Made by a program: the position numbers and the translations under genes. Positions 45,878-58,959 of a stretch of 64,000 nt of DNA are shown piece after piece (position 1 is the stretch's first letter; each line of letters opens with the position of its first letter). Under the pieces are notes generated by a model. The model was not told the origin of the DNA, ran no database searches, and saw only the letters and a list, made by a program, of their open reading frames with translations. This DNA is from Pristiophorus japonicus (lineage: Eukaryota): positions 33,790,001-33,854,000 of the forward strand of contig NC_091980.1 in the NCBI RefSeq assembly GCF_044704955.1. The letters are read 5' to 3'.

Positions 45878-48800
45878 TGATACATCCTTACTATACAGTA
45901 TAAATGCACACGAGGCCCATGCTTGAGAGAAGGTAGTTTGTGACCTGTCCTTTATTCCTTAGCACTCAAGTGCAGGAAGTGGGTGGAGCTTCCCCTTTTA
46001 TACCTGAAGGTCCAGGTTAGGAGTGTCTCCCACCTAGTGGTCAGTGTTCTCACGGTGTACAACTTAGGTCAGTTTATACATGGGTTACAATGCTGGTTGA
46101 ATACATGACATCACCTCCCCCCCCCCCCCCCCCCCCGCCCCCAAAGTCTTATTGGGATTACAGGTTGAGTCTCTCTGGTGGTTTATGCTCCCTTGTAGAG
46201 CGCCTGAGTTGGGGCTCCGGTTGTTGGGTGCTGGCCTGAGTGTCTGCTGTTTGCGGTGCCTCAGGCCTTTCCAGACTGCCCACAGTGACTGGGCTCTCCT
46301 CCCTTTGGTTCCGATATTTGGTCACCTGTGGTGGAGTGAACTCTATATCGTGTTCTTCCTCTGCTTCTTCTATGGGGTTGCTGAACCTCCTTGTTGTTTG
46401 ATCCACAGGTTTGCGGCAGATTTGTCCATTGGTAAGTTTAACTACCAGAATCCTATTTCCCTCTTTGGCAACCACAGTGCCTGCGAGCCATTTGGGTCCT
46501 GCAGCCTAGTTGAGGACAAAAACAGGATCATTTACATCAATACATCGCGCCCTCGCATTCCTATCATGGTAGTCATATTGTGACTGGCGCCTGCTCTCGA
46601 CAATTTCTTTCATGGTGGGGTGTATAAGGGATAACCAGGTTTTGAGCGTCCTTTTCATTAGCAGCTCTGCGGGTGGAACCCCTGTGAGCGAGTGTGGTCG
46701 GGATCTATAGGCCAACAGGAGGCGTGATAAGTAGGTTTGTCGGGAACCCCCTTGGATTCTGAGCATAACCTGTTTGATTATCTGCACTGGTCGTTCTGCC
46801 TGGCCGTTTGAGGCCGGCTTGAACGGTGCCGTTCTAACATGGTTAATTCCATTGCGTGCCATGAAGTCCTGGAATTCAGTGCTTGTGAAGCACGGGCCAT
46901 TGTCGCTGACCAAGATGTCCGGTAGACCGTGGGCAGTGAACATTGCCCGTAGACTTTCTACCGTGGCAGAGGATGTGCTTAAATTGAAAATGTCACACTC
47001 GATCCATTTGGAGTAGGCGTCTACTACAACCAATAACATTTTCCCCATGAAAGGACCTGCGTAGTCCACATGGATGCGTGACCAAGGCTTGGGAGGCCAT
47101 GGCCAGGAGCTAAGGGGGACTTCCCTGGGCGCATTGCCCAGCTGGGCATACGTGTTGCACCTGCGTACACAAAGTTCCAGATCTGCGTCTATCCCTGGCC
47201 ACCAAACGTGTGATCTGGCAATTACTTTCATTGTGACAATGCCCGGATGCCCATTGTGGAGTTCTCTGATGAACACCTCTCCGCCCATCTGGGGCATGAC
47301 TACGCGGTTTCCACACACTAGGCAATCGGCCTGAATCGAGAGTTCATCCTTGCGCCTTTGAAATGGTTTAGATTTCTCAGGGCATGCCCTGTACGTGGCT
47401 GCCCAGTCCCCATTCAGTACACATTTCTTGACGAGAGACAATAGCGGGTCTCTATTTGTCCAGACTTTAATCTGACAGGCTGTCACGGGTGAGCCTTCGC
47501 TTCCGAAAGCTTCAATAGCCATGACCATCTCAGCAGCATGCTCGGTAGCCCCCTCAGTGGTGGCTAGTGGGAGCCTGCTGAGTGCATCGGCGCAGTTTTT
47601 GGTGCCCGGTCTGTGCCGAATTGTGTAGTCATAGGCGGCTAACCTGAGTGCCCACCTCTGTATGCGGGCCGATGCGTTTGCATTTATGGCCTTGTTATCG
47701 GCCAAAAGGGATGTTAGGGGTTTGTGATCTGTCTCCAGCTCAAATTTCCTGCCAAACAGGTATGGTGCATTTTCTTTACCGCATATACACATGCGAGCGC
47801 CTCCTTTTCTACCATCCTGTAGCCCCTTTCTGCCTGGGACAGACTTCTGGAGGCATAAGTTACCGGCTGTAACTGACCCTTGGCATTGACATGCTGTAAC
47901 ACACACCCGACACCAAGGACGACGCATCGCACATTAACACAAGTTTCTTACATGGGTCATATAGCGTTAACAGATTGTTGGAACATAACAAATTGCGTGC
48001 TCTATTAAAAGCCCTTTCCTGGCTGTCCCCCCAGACCCATTCACGACCTTTGCGTAGGAGCATGTGTAGCGGCTCTAGCAGCGTGCTCAATTTGGGAAGA
48101 AAGTTACCAAAATAGTTCAGGAGCCCCAGGAACGAACGCAGCTCCGTCGTGTTACGGGGTCTGGGTGCTCTCTGGATCACTTCCGTCTTGGACGCAATAG
48201 GGCTGATCCCGCCTGCTGCTACCCTCATCCCCAGGAATTCTACCTCTGGAGCTTGGAAGACGCACTTCGCCTTTTTCAGTCACAGCCCTACCTGGTCCAG
48301 TCTGCGTAGCACCTCCTCCAGATTGTGGAGGTGTTCTTCAGTAGCGTAACCCAAAATGAAAATGTCGTCCTGAAAAACCACTGTCCCTGAAATCGACTTG
48401 AGGAGGCTTTCCATATTTCGTTGGAAGATCGCGGTGGCCGAGCGAATCCCGAACGGACATCTGTTGTACTCAAACAACCCCTTGTAATGTCATGATGGTG
48501 GTTAGCTTCTTCGACTCACTCGCCAGCTCCTGGGTCATGTAAGCTGAGGTCAGGTCCAATTTTGAAAAAAGTTTGCCACCGGATAGCGTCGCAAAGAAGT
48601 CCTCTGCTCTCGGTAGCGGGTACTGGTCTTGGAGTGACACCCGATTGATGGTGGCCTTGTAATCGCCACATATCCTGACCGACCCATCCGCCTTGAGCAC
48701 CGGCACAATCGGGCTCGCCCAGTCACTGAATTCGACTGGCGAGATGATGCCTTCCCTCAGCAGGCGGTCCAATTCGCCTTCTATCTTTTCCCGCATCACA

Positions 48801-49969
48801 TACGGCACCGCCCTGGCCTTGTGGTGTACTGGCCTGGCGTCCGGGTTTATGTGAATCACTACCTTGGCCCCCATGAAAGTGCCAATGGCGAGTTGAAATA
48901 ATGAGTCAAATTTGTCCAGGATCTGTGAGCATGATACTCGCTCCATTTCCAGTTCATGACAGCAAGCCAACTCCTTCCCAGTAGTGCGGGACCGTCCCCC
49001 GGGACAATCCAGAGTGGCAGTCTGTTCTCCGAATCTTTGTGGGTCACGACTACAGTGGCGCTGCCTAGCACCGGAATGATCTGCTTTGTGTAAGTCTGTA
49101 GCTGTGCTTCAATCGGCGATAATTTTGGCCTCCTGGCCTTGGACGCCCACAACTTTTCGAACTGTTTGATACCCATCAGGGACTGGCTGGCACCCGTGTC
49201 TAACTCCATTGATACTGGGATGCCATTGAAGAGCACTTTCATCATTATCGGTGGCGTCCTGGTGTATGAACTGTATATGCTCCACATGAACACGCTGAAC
49301 TTCAGCTTCCAGCGATTTCCCCCAGTGTCCATTTCTGCAATTTCTGCAGGTATTTTGCTCATCTCTGCAAACTCCGGCTGAGTGTGTGCCTTCACGCCTC
49401 CAGCATGAGCTGCAGTTTGAAACAAAAGGTCCCTTGCCAGTCGATCGTCCCTGACTGCCCCTGTTATTGCCCTTGAATGCGCCATTAACAGGTGTTGATG
49501 GCCGCATTGTCCCTTGCAATGGCATGAATCGCCGTTCAGCTTGCCATTGTCTCTGTCGAACTCCCCCTCTGGGTTCGACTCCATGTTGGGGCATGCCCAA
49601 TTACCCTTGTCTGCCTGGAGAACTGTGTGCTGCTTTAACAATGTTGAATCTCTGTCCCAACCATTCATTAACACAGTACCTCTCATCTGCTTGTGGCCCT
49701 GCTCGCGTGGTTTAAATCCAAGTTTCTTGTCGCCACTGATACGTCCTTACTATACAGTATAAATGCACACGAGGCCCATGCTTGAGAGAAGGTCAATCTG
49801 TGACCTGTCCTTTATTCCTTAGCACTCAAGTGCAGGAAGTGGGTGGAGCTTCCCCTTTTATACCTGAAGTCCAGGTTAGGAGTGTCTCCCATCTAGTGGT
49901 CAGTGTTCTCACGGTGTACAACTTAGGTCAGATTATACATGGGTTACAATGCTGGTTGAATACATGACA
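45878..49969 (-). mobile_element. Mag-like Gypsy LTR retrotransposon with an internal gag deletion
   Basis: LTRs 45878-46110 and 49737-49969; 5-bp TSD GCGGC; PBS TGGCGACAAG; G-rich PPT; PR, RT, RNase H and IN ORFs 46158-49686. Confidence 0.95.
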
Positions 49970-51292
49970 GCGGCAGTCGACATCATGGACAGGGAAAAGA
50001 TGGTGTCCAAACCATGAGGTGCAGCGCTAATAGAGCAACGACACGTGGTTCCACGCAAGGAAGACGATTGGGGTAAAAGTAGTAAGGCCATTTTAAAGGC
50101 CAGCAACCCGCCATTTTTGAATGAACTACTTGAAATTGGTTACCAATGTAAAAGTCCAGCTGTAACGAGCAAAATGTTGTTGAGCAATGTCGGGTGCAAA
50201 TTGCAATCAGGCAATGTAGTGGGCGAACACCTAATGGTCGTATACAGGTCCAGCGGGCTAACCAATGCTGTAGCCTGCGTTCCCGGGATCAGAACGATGT
50301 ACCATAGTGTCCCCACAGCTGACAGAAGTAGACAAGCCGCAGAGTAAACGATCCCCGGAGAGCAGAGGCACCGGTAGCGATACCCTGCCTCAGATCGGTT
50401 TAACATTGCAGGCACCGGATGGCAAGAACCGCCACGGGCCAGAAACAGTAAACTGCGCCTATGCTCACAGTTGGCTACTATCACCCACCACCCGGGTGGA
50501 AAAGGCGCAGCCCACAAACCCACTCGCCACCACGGCAATGCCCAAGAGCAAAGGGTCACCCACAACGGCTCCTCCAAATGGGACCTGGACCAGCCAGGAT
50601 CCCAAACTAGAGAGTGCTTACAATGGTGCCCTCAAGGAAAGCGAGTCAGCAGTCCCCTATGAACTGCTAGACAAGACGAGGCAGCCCCACTGTCGCTTAG
50701 ACGAAATGCTCACTCACTCAGACGGCTTCCCAGGGAGCAGCAGCGACACTGTGCAAACGAAAAGGACAGGGAGATCACAGACACATCAGCTGTCTTTGGG
50801 CTTGCCCGACACTGGGAGAAACGGCAAGAGCCCTGAGCTCCGGCAACTCGAGCAAAATGAGCTCACCTCACCCACAGACCCACTAGCATAGGACGGATCT
50901 CATCCACCCGTGCTGGAACTAGATTGTCCTTGTGTACCTGTACTGATCAGGTAAATGTACCACAGAAAAAGAAACACAACTGTAATCCACCCAACTAATG
51001 TACCAAGATGTAAATGTAAAATCCATGTGATGAACTTGAATGCAACTTGCATGTAACGGGCCATTAGCATGATCTCTGTGTGGGGAGGGGGAAAGGGGGA
51101 CAATGGAATAGTCATGGATTCACAACCAGAAACCAGACTGGGACCTCCACAGGCAACAAATCTCACTACCAACCCACCCAAGCTAGAAGCGGCCCTCCAA
51201 TGGTCAACCAGGACGAGCAAACCCCAGGTCACCGTCAATGTACGAGTCAATTTGCATTAAAGACTTAGGGGGAAGTGATGTCATGTATGTAG

Positions 51293-52743
51293 ACATAGAA
51301 ACATAGGAAATAGGTGCAGCAATAGACCATTCGAGCCTGCACCAGCATTCAATAAGATTATGGCTGATCATTCAGCTCAGTACCCCTTTCCTGCTTTCTC
51401 TCCATACCCCTTGATCCCTTTAGCTACAAGGGCCATATCTGACTCCCTCTTGAATATATCCAATGAACTGGCATCAACAACTCTCTGCGGTAGGGAATTC
51501 CACAAGTTAACAACTCTCTAAGTGAAGAAGTTTCTCCTCATCTCAGTCCTAAATGGCTTACCCCTTATCCTTAGACTATGTCCCCTGGTTCTGGACTTCC
51601 CCAACATTGGGAACATTCTTCCTGCATCTAACCTGTCCAGTCCAGTCAGAATTTTATATGTTTCTATGAGATCTTTTCTTATCCTTCTAAACTCCAGTGA
51701 ATACAGGCCCAGTCGATTCAGTCTCTCATCATATGTCAGTCCTGCCATCCCGGGAATCAGTCTGGTGAAATTTTGCTGCACTCCCTCAATAGCAAGAGCG
51801 TCCTTCCTCAGATTAGGAGACCAAAACTGAACACAATATTCCAGGTGAGGCCTCACTAAGGCTCTGTTCAACTGCAGTAAGATCTCCCTGCTCCTATACT
51901 CAAATCCCCTTTCTATGAAGGCCAACATACCATTTGCTTTCTTCACCGCCTGCTGTACCTGCATGCCAACTTTCAATGAATGATGTACTATGACACCCAG
52001 GTCTCGTTGCACCTCCCCTTTTCCTAATCTGCCGCCATTCAGATAATATTATGCCTTTGTGTTTTTGCCACCAAAGTGGATAACCTCAGCTTTATCTACA
52101 TTATACTGTATTTGCCACTCGTTTGCCCATTCACCTAACCTGTCCAAGTCACCCTGCAGCCTTTTAGCGTTCTCCTCACAGCTCACACCGCCACCCAGCT
52201 TAGTGTCATCTGTAAACTTGGAAATATTACACTCAATTCCCTCATCCAAATCATTAATGTATATTGTAAATAGCTGGGGTCCCAGCATTGAGCCCAGCGG
52301 CACCCCACGAGTCACTGCCTGCCATTCTGAAAAGGACCCGTTTATTCCGACTCTCTGCTTCCTGTCTGCCAACCAGTTCTCCATCCACGTCAGAACATTA
52401 CCCCCAATACCATGTGCTTTAACTTCGCACACCAATTTCTTGTGTGGGACCTTGTCAAAAGCCTTTTGAAAGTCCAAATATACCACATCAACTGGTTCTC
52501 CCTTGTCCATTCTACCAGTTACATCCTCAAAAAATTCTAGAAGCTTTGTCAAGCAGGATTTCCCTTTCATAAATCCATCACTGCTTTCCAAATGTGTTGC
52601 TATTTCATCTTTAATAATTGATTCCAACATTTTCCCCACTACTGATGTCAGGCTACAATTACCCGTTTTCTCTCTCCCTCCTTTCTTAAAAAGTGGGGTT
52701 ACATTAGCTACCCTCCAGTCCATAGGAACTGATCCAGAGTGGA
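51293..52743 (-). mobile_element. 5'-truncated CR1 inserted in an LTR
   Basis: RT ORFs 52049-~52745 and 51518-52012; CATAGAAA tail at 51293. Confidence 0.93.
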
Positions 52744-53429
52744 TACTAACTGCATAGTCACATAAGGTGTGCCACCAGAGGGCACTGCGGTGGGAGACCT
52801 GAGGGTCACCTGCAGAGGTGTGCAGGCTCAGTATAAAAGGCTGCTCACCATGCTTGTGTCTTACTCTGGAGTTCCAATAAATGGGATTAAGGTCATAAAA
52901 ACTTAAGTACAATACTAGACCTTGTGGGTCATTCATAAGAGTATTAAAGACATAACAATGAAGAAAAGCTTTAAAAAAAAATTAGACTCTTAAGCCTTGT
53001 GTAAGGCTTTACTTCATTTCCCTTTTAAGAGTGAAACTGGAAAAGTTAATCCTGAGCACTGCTTCAAGTAAGCTACAACTGCCGGTGAATGGAAAATTGG
53101 TTGAAAGCAGTAAAAGGAAGTTCAGAACAGATGTTAGGAAGCTGTTCTTCACTCAAAGGGTAACTAAAACTTGGAAAGGTCTTCTCAGTAGGGTAGAAGA
53201 GTAAAAGCTCTTGACCTTGTTAGGAGGGGGGGAGGGTTTCGCCGGATGGCGAGCCAAATGCACGCAAGCAGTTGGTGACCTGTGCTGAATATCACGGGAA
53301 TGATAATTGTGAGCAGTGACCACAGCAAAGTGATTTAAACCTGTGGATCTATTCATTTTGAAGCAGTACATAAAAGTCAGACTTTGGAGGTTCGCTTATG
53401 TTTAGAGGGCAGTTGTTGCTGCACTTTCC

Positions 53430-53950
53430 ATTACCAACATGGCGATCGAGCGGCTTCAGCCCAGCTACAGTCAGTACTGCGCAGGCGTCGCCGGCTCGGC
53501 GCCCACAGACCGGCATCCTGCAGTCCTCACGGCGTGAATCCACGTGCTTAATACGGCTGCTCTGATAGGCTGGCTTCCGCCAAAGGCAAATTGACGATGC
53601 GATCGGATTGGAGAACCTCAACGTAGCAACGGCGCCATTTTGTTTTTTGGGGGACCCAGAAAGGTGCGGAACTGGAATACAAAATCGTGAACGGCAGCCA
53701 CGGTAAGGCCAACAGTAGCGGCAGAGGCGCGTGTGCGGCGCCCGTTCTTTTAGCTTTAATGCGCGACTGGAATTTGTGCGGCGCGGAGGCGCTAAATTTG
53801 CGGGAATCCCCTCCTCCTTCTCCCCTCCCTCAGTGTGGGCAGAGTTCGCGGAGACACAGGACAATAAGGCTGCAGCTCATTGGCCGTCAGGCGGTGTGTT
53901 TGTGAGTATGTGAGCAGCAGAGAGCCCGGGCTTTGCGGGAGCCGGGAGGG
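53430..53950 (+). promoter_or_regulatory. CpG-island promoter and probable non-coding exon 1 of HMGXB3
   Basis: High CpG density; NRF1-like TGCGCAGGCG (53478); inverted CCAAT (~53606); YY1-type CGCCATTTT (~53633) and AACATGGCG (~53437); donor CG|GTAAGG at 53703. Confidence 0.7.
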
Positions 53951-54390
53951 AGGAGGAGGAGGAGGAGGGGAAGGGGGGAAAAGGGGAGAGGAGAAGAGAA
54001 GGGGAGNNNNNNNNNNNNNNNNNNNNNNNNNNNNNNNNNNNNNNNNNNNNNNNNNNNNNNNNNNNNNNNNNNNNNNNNNNNNNNNNNNNNNNNNNNNNNN
54101 NNNNNNNNNNNNNNNNNNNNNNNNNNNNNNNNNNNNNNNNNNNNNNNNNNNNNNGAGAGGAGAAGGGGGGAAAGGGGAGAGAGAGGAGAAGGGGGGAAAG
54201 GGGAGAGAGAGGAGAAGGGGGGAAAGGGGAGAGGAGAAGGGGGGGAGGAGAAGGGAAGGAGGGGGGAGGAAAGGGAGGAGAGGAGAAGGGAGGGGAGGAG
54301 AAGGGAGGGGAGAGGAGAGGGAGGGGAGAGGAGAAGGGGGAGAGGAGAGGAGAGGAGAGGGAGGGAGAGGAGAAGGGGGGAGGAGGAAGG
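53945..54390. repeat. Polypurine (GA/GGA) low-complexity tract containing an assembly gap (N 54007-54154)
   Basis: Almost pure G/A sequence flanking 148 Ns. Confidence 0.95.
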
Positions 54391-54679
54391 GCACACCTCG
54401 GCGGGGTGAGGTGAAAGGGATCGTCCTTGGGGCGTGACATCCGACAGGAGATCTCCAGTGCCTGAGGACACGAGAAATGGCCTCAGTGTTTGGGACCCTG
54501 AGGGAGCAGCTCCACAAGTTGCAACATGGACATAAAAAACAAATTGCATTTATATTATCATCATAGCGTCTTTCACGACCACCGGATGTCCCAAAGTGCT
54601 TTACAGCTAATGAAATACTTTTTGAAGTGTAGTCACTCTTGGCATCCAATTTGCTCACAGCAAGCTATCTCAAACAGCT

Positions 54680-55190
54680 GCTTCTTAGGCGATCCCTCGA
54701 ATCGAGGATGACTTGCTTCCACACCAAAAAGAGATGTGTTCAATGAGCCCACAGGTGTTTTAATGAAGGACCTAATATTCCAGGTCGCGAACTGCATATC
54801 GAAAGGTGAAAGATGCCTGTGCGTGGATTTTTTTTTTTAATGTGTGCTCGCTTTTGCACTCCAGCCACCAAGCGGGCTTGACAGAGATTGGTCTTGGTCC
54901 AGTGGCAAGGGTTAACCGAGACGACTGGAGACCAGCTCTGCTGCACGGAACAAATGCGCACACGTATCGTAGTGTTGGCTGGCCCGTGCTGCCCCTGGGC
55001 CCACGCCTCTCCTGGGCCCCAAACTCAAGCCTCTCCTGGGCCCCAAACTCGAGCCTCTCCTGGGCCCCAAACTCGAGCCTCTCCTGGGCCCTGATCACAT
55101 CGCACTGCAATCTCTCGCCGCTCCTGCGTCCGACCTCACTGCTCCTGCTGTACCTTCCCACGCTCCAATCACCAACCTGGGTTATGGTGA
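54680..55190 (-). mobile_element. SINE-like element with an RTE-type tail (same family as 33600-34083), with an internal 24-bp triplication
   Basis: Reverse complement of 33660-34070; GCCTCTCCTGGGCCCCAAACTC repeated at 55005-55091. Confidence 0.75.
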
Positions 55191-55550
55191 TGTCCACACC
55201 AAACAGCAAGGTGATAATGGCCAGCAGGGTATTCTCCCGGTCTTGGACCATCATTACTTTGAACCAAACTTGCAGTCATTAATTGGTGGTAAAATAGGTG
55301 GAGATGCCCTGAGGATGTGGGATGTGTTATACAAATACAGTTTCTTCCCTTGTCTGCTGGGATTCCAATGTTATACTTTGGACAATGATGAGGAGACATA
55401 AATTTAAAGTCCTTTATAATGTGAGGGGAGGGAGGGGCAGGTGGGTTAGAGGAGAAGTTTTTGGAGTATAAGTAAGAGAGGGAATAGTATTTTTTTGTGC
55501 TGTAAACATCTGTGATTCTGTGGAATCTAGAGGTAGAAAATACACTCTAT

Positions 55551-56721
55551 GGGCCCAAGTTTCCACATGATTTGCGCCTGATTCTTAGGAGCAACTGGTG
55601 GAGAACGAACGATCTTAGAAATCGCAATTCTCCACATTTTTTTTCCTGCAGTTCTAGTCAGGTAGAACAGTTCTACTTTGGAACAGAATTTTTTCTTCAA
55701 AAGGGGGCGTGCCCGGCCACTGATGCCTGATTTCAAAGTTTGCACAGTGAAAACGTACTCCAAACTAACTTAGAATGGAGCAAGCGAAGATTTTTGTAGA
55801 ACTGAAAAAACCTGTTCTACACATTAAAAAATTAGGCGTCCAGAACGAGGTGGTGCGGGGGGGGGAAGGGAAGTCATTAAATTCTATAATAAATCCTTAT
55901 TTATATTTCTACAAATATTATACAAATAAATCCAACCTGAATAAACATTTATAAGCAAAGAAAAGATTAAATAAACCATCTTCCTACCTGTGTGAAAGTG
56001 CTTCAGCCAGCCTCACAAGTTCGTTCGTTCGTTCCTGACGGCAGAGGGGGAGGAGGAAGCCGTTCCCGACGGCGGGAGGGAGTGCGGGACCGACCGACCG
56101 ACCGCAGGGGGGGGGAGGGGGAGGAGGAAGCCGTTCCCGACGGCGGGAGGGAGTGCGGGACCGACCGACCGACCGCAGGGGGGGGGGGGGGGGGGGGGAG
56201 GAAGCCATTCCAGACGGCGGGCAGGAGTGTGGGACCGATCGACCGAAAGCAGCGGCGGGGGGGGGAGGAAGCCGTTCCAGACGGTGGGCGGGAAGGAGAC
56301 AGTGAGAAGGCTGCAGGAAGCCTGAGAAGTTGAGCAGCCATTGCTTCCTGCAGCCTTCTCTGTGCTGATGGCAATGTGCTTTTATTAAAAAATGTTCAAA
56401 AATTAAACAGCTACAAAGAACTACAAAAATGGCCGAGTGCCAATGTTTCCTTCGCACTGCGCGTGCGCGAACGCTCCAATGCGCACGCGCAGGGTTGCCG
56501 GCAGGAAAAAAAACTAATTTAAATGGTATCCGCCCCCTCCCACCTACAAAATCGGCGCGAGTGGTAGGCTCCGCCCCCTACACGCCGCGCCAGGCAGACA
56601 TGGAGCTGCAAGGCGCTCGAGAATAGTGCGTTTTTTTTTTTTAAGGCGCCGTTTTAGGCGTGAAAAACAGGCGCCCAGCTCGGAGGGGCGCCCGTTTTTT
56701 ATCGTGTGGAAACTTGGGCCC
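55551..56721. mobile_element. PIF/Harbinger-type MITE (~1.17 kb)
   Basis: 21-bp TIRs GGGCCCAAGTTTCCACA(T/C)GAT with one mismatch; 3-bp TSD TAT; internal ~66-bp GC-rich tandem units at 56040-56300; no coding capacity. Confidence 0.88.
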
Positions 56722-56739
56722 TATGTTCCTAGTTATCTT

Positions 56740-58935
56740 CATAGAATCATAGAAAAAAACGACACAGGAGACCATTCGACCCATTGTGTCCGTGCCGGTT
56801 GAAAAGAGTTACCCAGCCTAATTCCATCTTCCAGCACGAGGTTTGTAGCCCTGTAGATTACAGTTCTTTAAGTGCACATCCAAGTACATTTTTAATGTGA
56901 TTAAGGTTTCTGCCTGTACCACCCTTTCAGACAGTGAGTTCCAGATGCCACCATCTGGGTGAAGAAATGCTTCCTCATCTCCCCTCTAATCCTTCTACCA
57001 ACTACTTTAAATCTATGCCCCCTGCTTACTGACCCCTCTGCTAAGGTCCCTCCTATTCACTCTTATCAACGCCCCTCATAATTTTATACACCTCAATTAA
57101 ATCTCCCCTCAGCCGCCTCTGTTCCAAGAATGGCAGCAGATTAGGAAAAGAGGAGGTGCAACGCGACCTGGGTGTCATGGTTCATCAGTCATTGAAAGTT
57201 GGCATACAGGTACAGCAGGCGGTGAAGAAGGCAAATGGTATGTTGGCCCTCATAGCTAGGGGATTTGAGTATAGGAGTAGGGAGGTCTTACTGCAGTTGT
57301 ATAGGGCCTTGGTGAGGCCTCACCTGGAATATTATGTTCTGTTTTGGTCTCCTAATCTGAGGAAGGACGTTCTTGCTATTGAGGGAGTGCAGTGAAGTTT
57401 CACCAGACTGATTCTCGGGATGGCTGGACTGACATATGAGGCGAGACTAGATCAACTGGGCCTTTATACATTGGAGTTTAGAAGGATGAGAGGGGATCTC
57501 ATAGAAACATACAAGATTCTGATGGGACGGGACAGTTTAGATGCGGGTAGAATGTTCCCGATGTTGGGGAAGTCCAGAACCAGGGGACATAGTCTAAGGA
57601 TAAGGGGTAGGCCATTTAGGACTGAGATGAGGAGAAACTTCTTCACTCAGAGTTGTTAACCTGTGGAATTCCCTACCGCAGAGAGTTGTTGATGCCAGTT
57701 CATTGGATATATTCAAGAGGGAGTTAGATATGGCCCTTATGCTAAAGGGATCAAGGGGTATGGAGAGAAAGCAGGAAAGGGATACTGAGGGAATGATCAG
57801 CTATGATCTTATTGAATGGTGGTGCAGGCTCGAAGGGCCGAATGGCCTACTCCTGCACCTATTTTCTGTTTCTATGAAAACAACCCCAGCCTCATCAATC
57901 TTTCCTCATAGCTAAAGTTTTCCAGTCCTGACAACATCCTCATAAATCTCCTCTGCACCCTTTCTAGTGCAATCACATCCTTCCTGTAATGTGACCAGAA
58001 CTGCACGCAGTACTCCAGCTGTGGCCTAAAACTAGTGTTGTATACAGTTCTAGCATAACTTCCCTGCTCTTGTATTCTATGCCTTGGCTAATACAGGAAA
58101 GCATTCTGTATGCCTTTTTAACTACCTTATCGACCTGTCCTATCTTTAAGGATCTGTAGATATAAACTCCAAGGTCCCTCTGTTCCTCCACACCTCTCAG
58201 TATGCTCCCATTTATTGTGTATTCCCTTGCCTTGTTGCCCCTCCCCAAATGCATTACCTCACACTTTTCCAGATTGAATTCCATTCGCCACTTTCCTGTC
58301 CAACTGACCAGTTCATCGATATCTTCCTGCAGTCTAGAGCTTTCCTCCTCATTGTCAACCACACGGCCAATTTTTGTATTATCTGCAAATTTATTTATCA
58401 CGCCCCCTAGATTTAAGTCTAAATCATTAATATATATACTACAAAAAGTAAGGGACTGAGCCCTGTACCTTGCAGTCACAATTGCCCTTAACCATTACCC
58501 TTTGCTTCCTGCCACTGAGTCAATTTTTGATCCAGTTTGCCATTCTCCCTTGGATTCCATGGGCTTTAACATTTTTGATCAGCCTACCATATGGGAACTT
58601 GTCAAAAGCTTTGCTAAAATCTATGTAAAGTACATAAAAAGCACTGCCCTCATCGACCCTTCTTGTTACCTCCTCAAATAACTCAATCAAGTTAGTCAGA
58701 CATGACCTTCCCATAACAAATCCATGCTGACTGTCCTTGATTAATCTGTGTCTTTCTAAATTAAGGTTTATACTCTCCCTCAGAATTGATTCTAGTAATT
58801 TGCCCACCAATGAGGTTGAACTAACTGGCCTATAATTGCTCGGTTTATCCCTTTCTCCTTTTTTGAACAATGGTATAATGTTAGCAGTTCTCCAATCCTC
58901 TGGCACAATTCCTGTAGCCAGGGAGGATTAAAAAA
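56740..58935 (-). mobile_element. CR1 LINE 3' portion (CATAGAAT tail) interrupted by a younger plus-strand CR1
   Basis: RT ORFs 58520-58906 and 57973-58479; tail at ~56740. Confidence 0.88.
57129..57875 (+). mobile_element. 5'-truncated CR1 nested in a CR1
   Basis: ORFs 57156-57395 and 57420-57659; tail CTATTTTCTGTTTCTAT. Confidence 0.92.
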
Positions 58936-58959
58936 TCTTGTATACAATTGATTGCAACA

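Larger units (their letters stand above)
45390..52957 (+). mobile_element. 5'-truncated, probably non-autonomous LTR element (protease remnant, non-pol interior, PPT, 3' LTR 51279-52957 split by CR1)
   Basis: HNLPLWIVSGDGPTLLGGRW at 45526; PPT AGGGGGAAGTGA 51267-51278, then TGTCATGTAT (the same start as the other LTRs); the LTR resumes at ~52744 with TATAAAA, AATAAA and ...CATAACA. Confidence 0.7.

Noticed and set aside
53349-54658. Long ORFs across the CpG island and GA tract
   Set aside because: Artefacts of GC-rich, low-complexity sequence and N runs; HMGXB3 coding starts at 63583.
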